A stretch of 64,000 bases of DNA from positions 47,509,987 through 47,573,986 of the forward strand of contig JARDVH010000042.1 in NCBI GenBank assembly GCA_030324005.1, in the 5' to 3' direction. Below the pieces are notes generated by a model. The model was not told the origin of the DNA. It was given only the letters and a program-made list of their open reading frames with translations, and did no database searches. Numbering within the stretch: position 1 is the stretch's first letter; every line of letters begins with the position of its first letter. The stretch comes from Negaprion brevirostris. Lineage: Eukaryota. Positions 62,411 through 64,000 of this stretch are shown here, one piece after another. A program made the position numbers and the translations under genes.

Positions 62411-64000
62411 GTCAAAAATAGGGTTTGATTTGAGCTATTATTGTCATATGCATTAGTATAGAATGAAAAGTATTGTCTCTTGTGCAAGATATAGACAAAA
62501 CATATCGTACAAAGAGAGGGAAAGGAGAGAGTGCAGGATGTAGTGTTACAGTGATAGCTAGGGTGTATATAAAGAGAAAGAGGGTTAATCTTGCTATGAA
62601 ATGAAACTTGTAACAAATGGCACTCACGGGGAGCGTTGGTTGGAAAGCTGGACTGGCAGCCTTTGGTTTTCATTTTATCTAAAATGAAGGGCAAATAATT
62701 AGGTAGCATGCCTACCATTACTTGAATGGTGCTCCCTGTGAGTGCTGTTCCTCACTAGAAATATCTGATTATGGGTGCAATATCTGCTCTTACACATTTA
62801 TGCCTGTGGTTTAGAATGTAACATTTAATTAAAGTATAAATTACTTACCATGACCAGAAGCGAGCCCAGACATATTTTGCAAAGGTGTTCATTTGTACTG
62901 CCGATGTGATACAATCATGCTGACAAGATTTATGTCTTACAACTGCAACACTCAGCAATGTATTCAAGAATAATTGGCTGCAAGTCCAGTTACTTGTGAT
63001 GAAAATTATGCGAAATGCATTTCATTGTTAATATGTCATTACAGTTGAAAGACATTTTTTTCTTTTCTGTTTTACAGATGGTGGTGTTTTTAAAGTTATT
63101 GAAAAAAAGGCTGCGATTCTCCTATCCCATGGGCCGGGAGAATCACACAGCAGGCAATGCGTGGGATTCGCATCTTGCTAACATCTCCCAGCGCCGGATT
63201 TTTGGCGCGGTCTGCTCCATGCTGGAAAATGGTGGAGAGGTGGGGCGAGATGGTGGCCTCTACATTGCACAGAGTGTGGGAGATTCTAGTGTGACTCCCA
63301 CTGACAAAACCAATGAGAATTACTCCAGTTTTCCTGCAAGTTCAACACTTAGAATTTTTCTGGGGAGAATTCCGTTCATAGTCTTTAATTCTTAGCATGA
63401 CATTAAACTGTAACCACGGGAGGAAACTACAAATGAGAGATTGAATTCTGCATTCCCCACATTTACGAACCTGCTTGCTTATTCTGTTGCACATAAACCT
63501 TCTGTTGGCAGCGGGGTTAGTTTTTGTTCTTGGGTTGTTTTGTGCCATTGACACAGTTTTCATTTTTGCTGGAGATTTATTCCAGGTTTGCCCAATCTGC
63601 TTCCCTAATGCTGTTGGAAGATCAACAAACACCCAGGAGGAAATAGTTGCAAACATTTTTGTTCTGGCTATTTGTAAAACTTCTTTTGATTTTCTGGAAA
63701 ACCCCCTCAAAAATTCCTTCTAGCAAAATGATAGAAGTGAGAAATTACTTTTAAGAAATACCAAGTGAGACAAATCTTACAGATATATATATGATGTCAG
63801 CTTCCATTATCTCTGGGGAAAGAAACCTTCCAAAGTTCTGTTCCAATAATACAAGAACTAAATTTATACATTTGCATCCCTTGGAGCACACATCAGGAAC
63901 TTAAGAGCACATCCACATGATTTTCTAGTAATTTATTTTTTGCCAGGACAGCAAGTATGTAAAATATTCCTATGGATGACAGAAACTAACCATGCAGCTC

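Noticed and set aside
62620-62745. 16-bp inverted repeat gcactcacggggagcg / tgctccctgtgagtgc
   Set aside because: Short and imperfect; probably a decayed MITE

Overview
Eukaryotic, repeat-dense, gapped (N-run) sequence, almost certainly from a cartilaginous fish (shark-type HE1-like tRNA SINEs, CR1 LINEs, Penelope elements, Harbinger-type MITEs). I cannot identify any intact host protein-coding gene; most listed ORFs are transposon fragments or run through N gaps. The main feature is a degraded ~8-kb endogenous retrovirus (41447-49425): two LTRs, a 5-bp GCATC target-site duplication, and pro, RT, tether, RNase H, integrase and env remnants. Its RT looks snakehead-retrovirus/spuma (class III)-like and its env is gamma-type. 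It sits inside a near-complete CR1-group LINE that begins with a tRNA-like head. Secondary observations: a candidate RFX/NF-Y promoter with nearby exon-like segments, a POU octamer cluster, a putative hAT-like element with tandem TALE+CCAAT modules, and several short local duplications. Family names come from motifs read by eye, not database searches, and most repeat boundaries are approximate.
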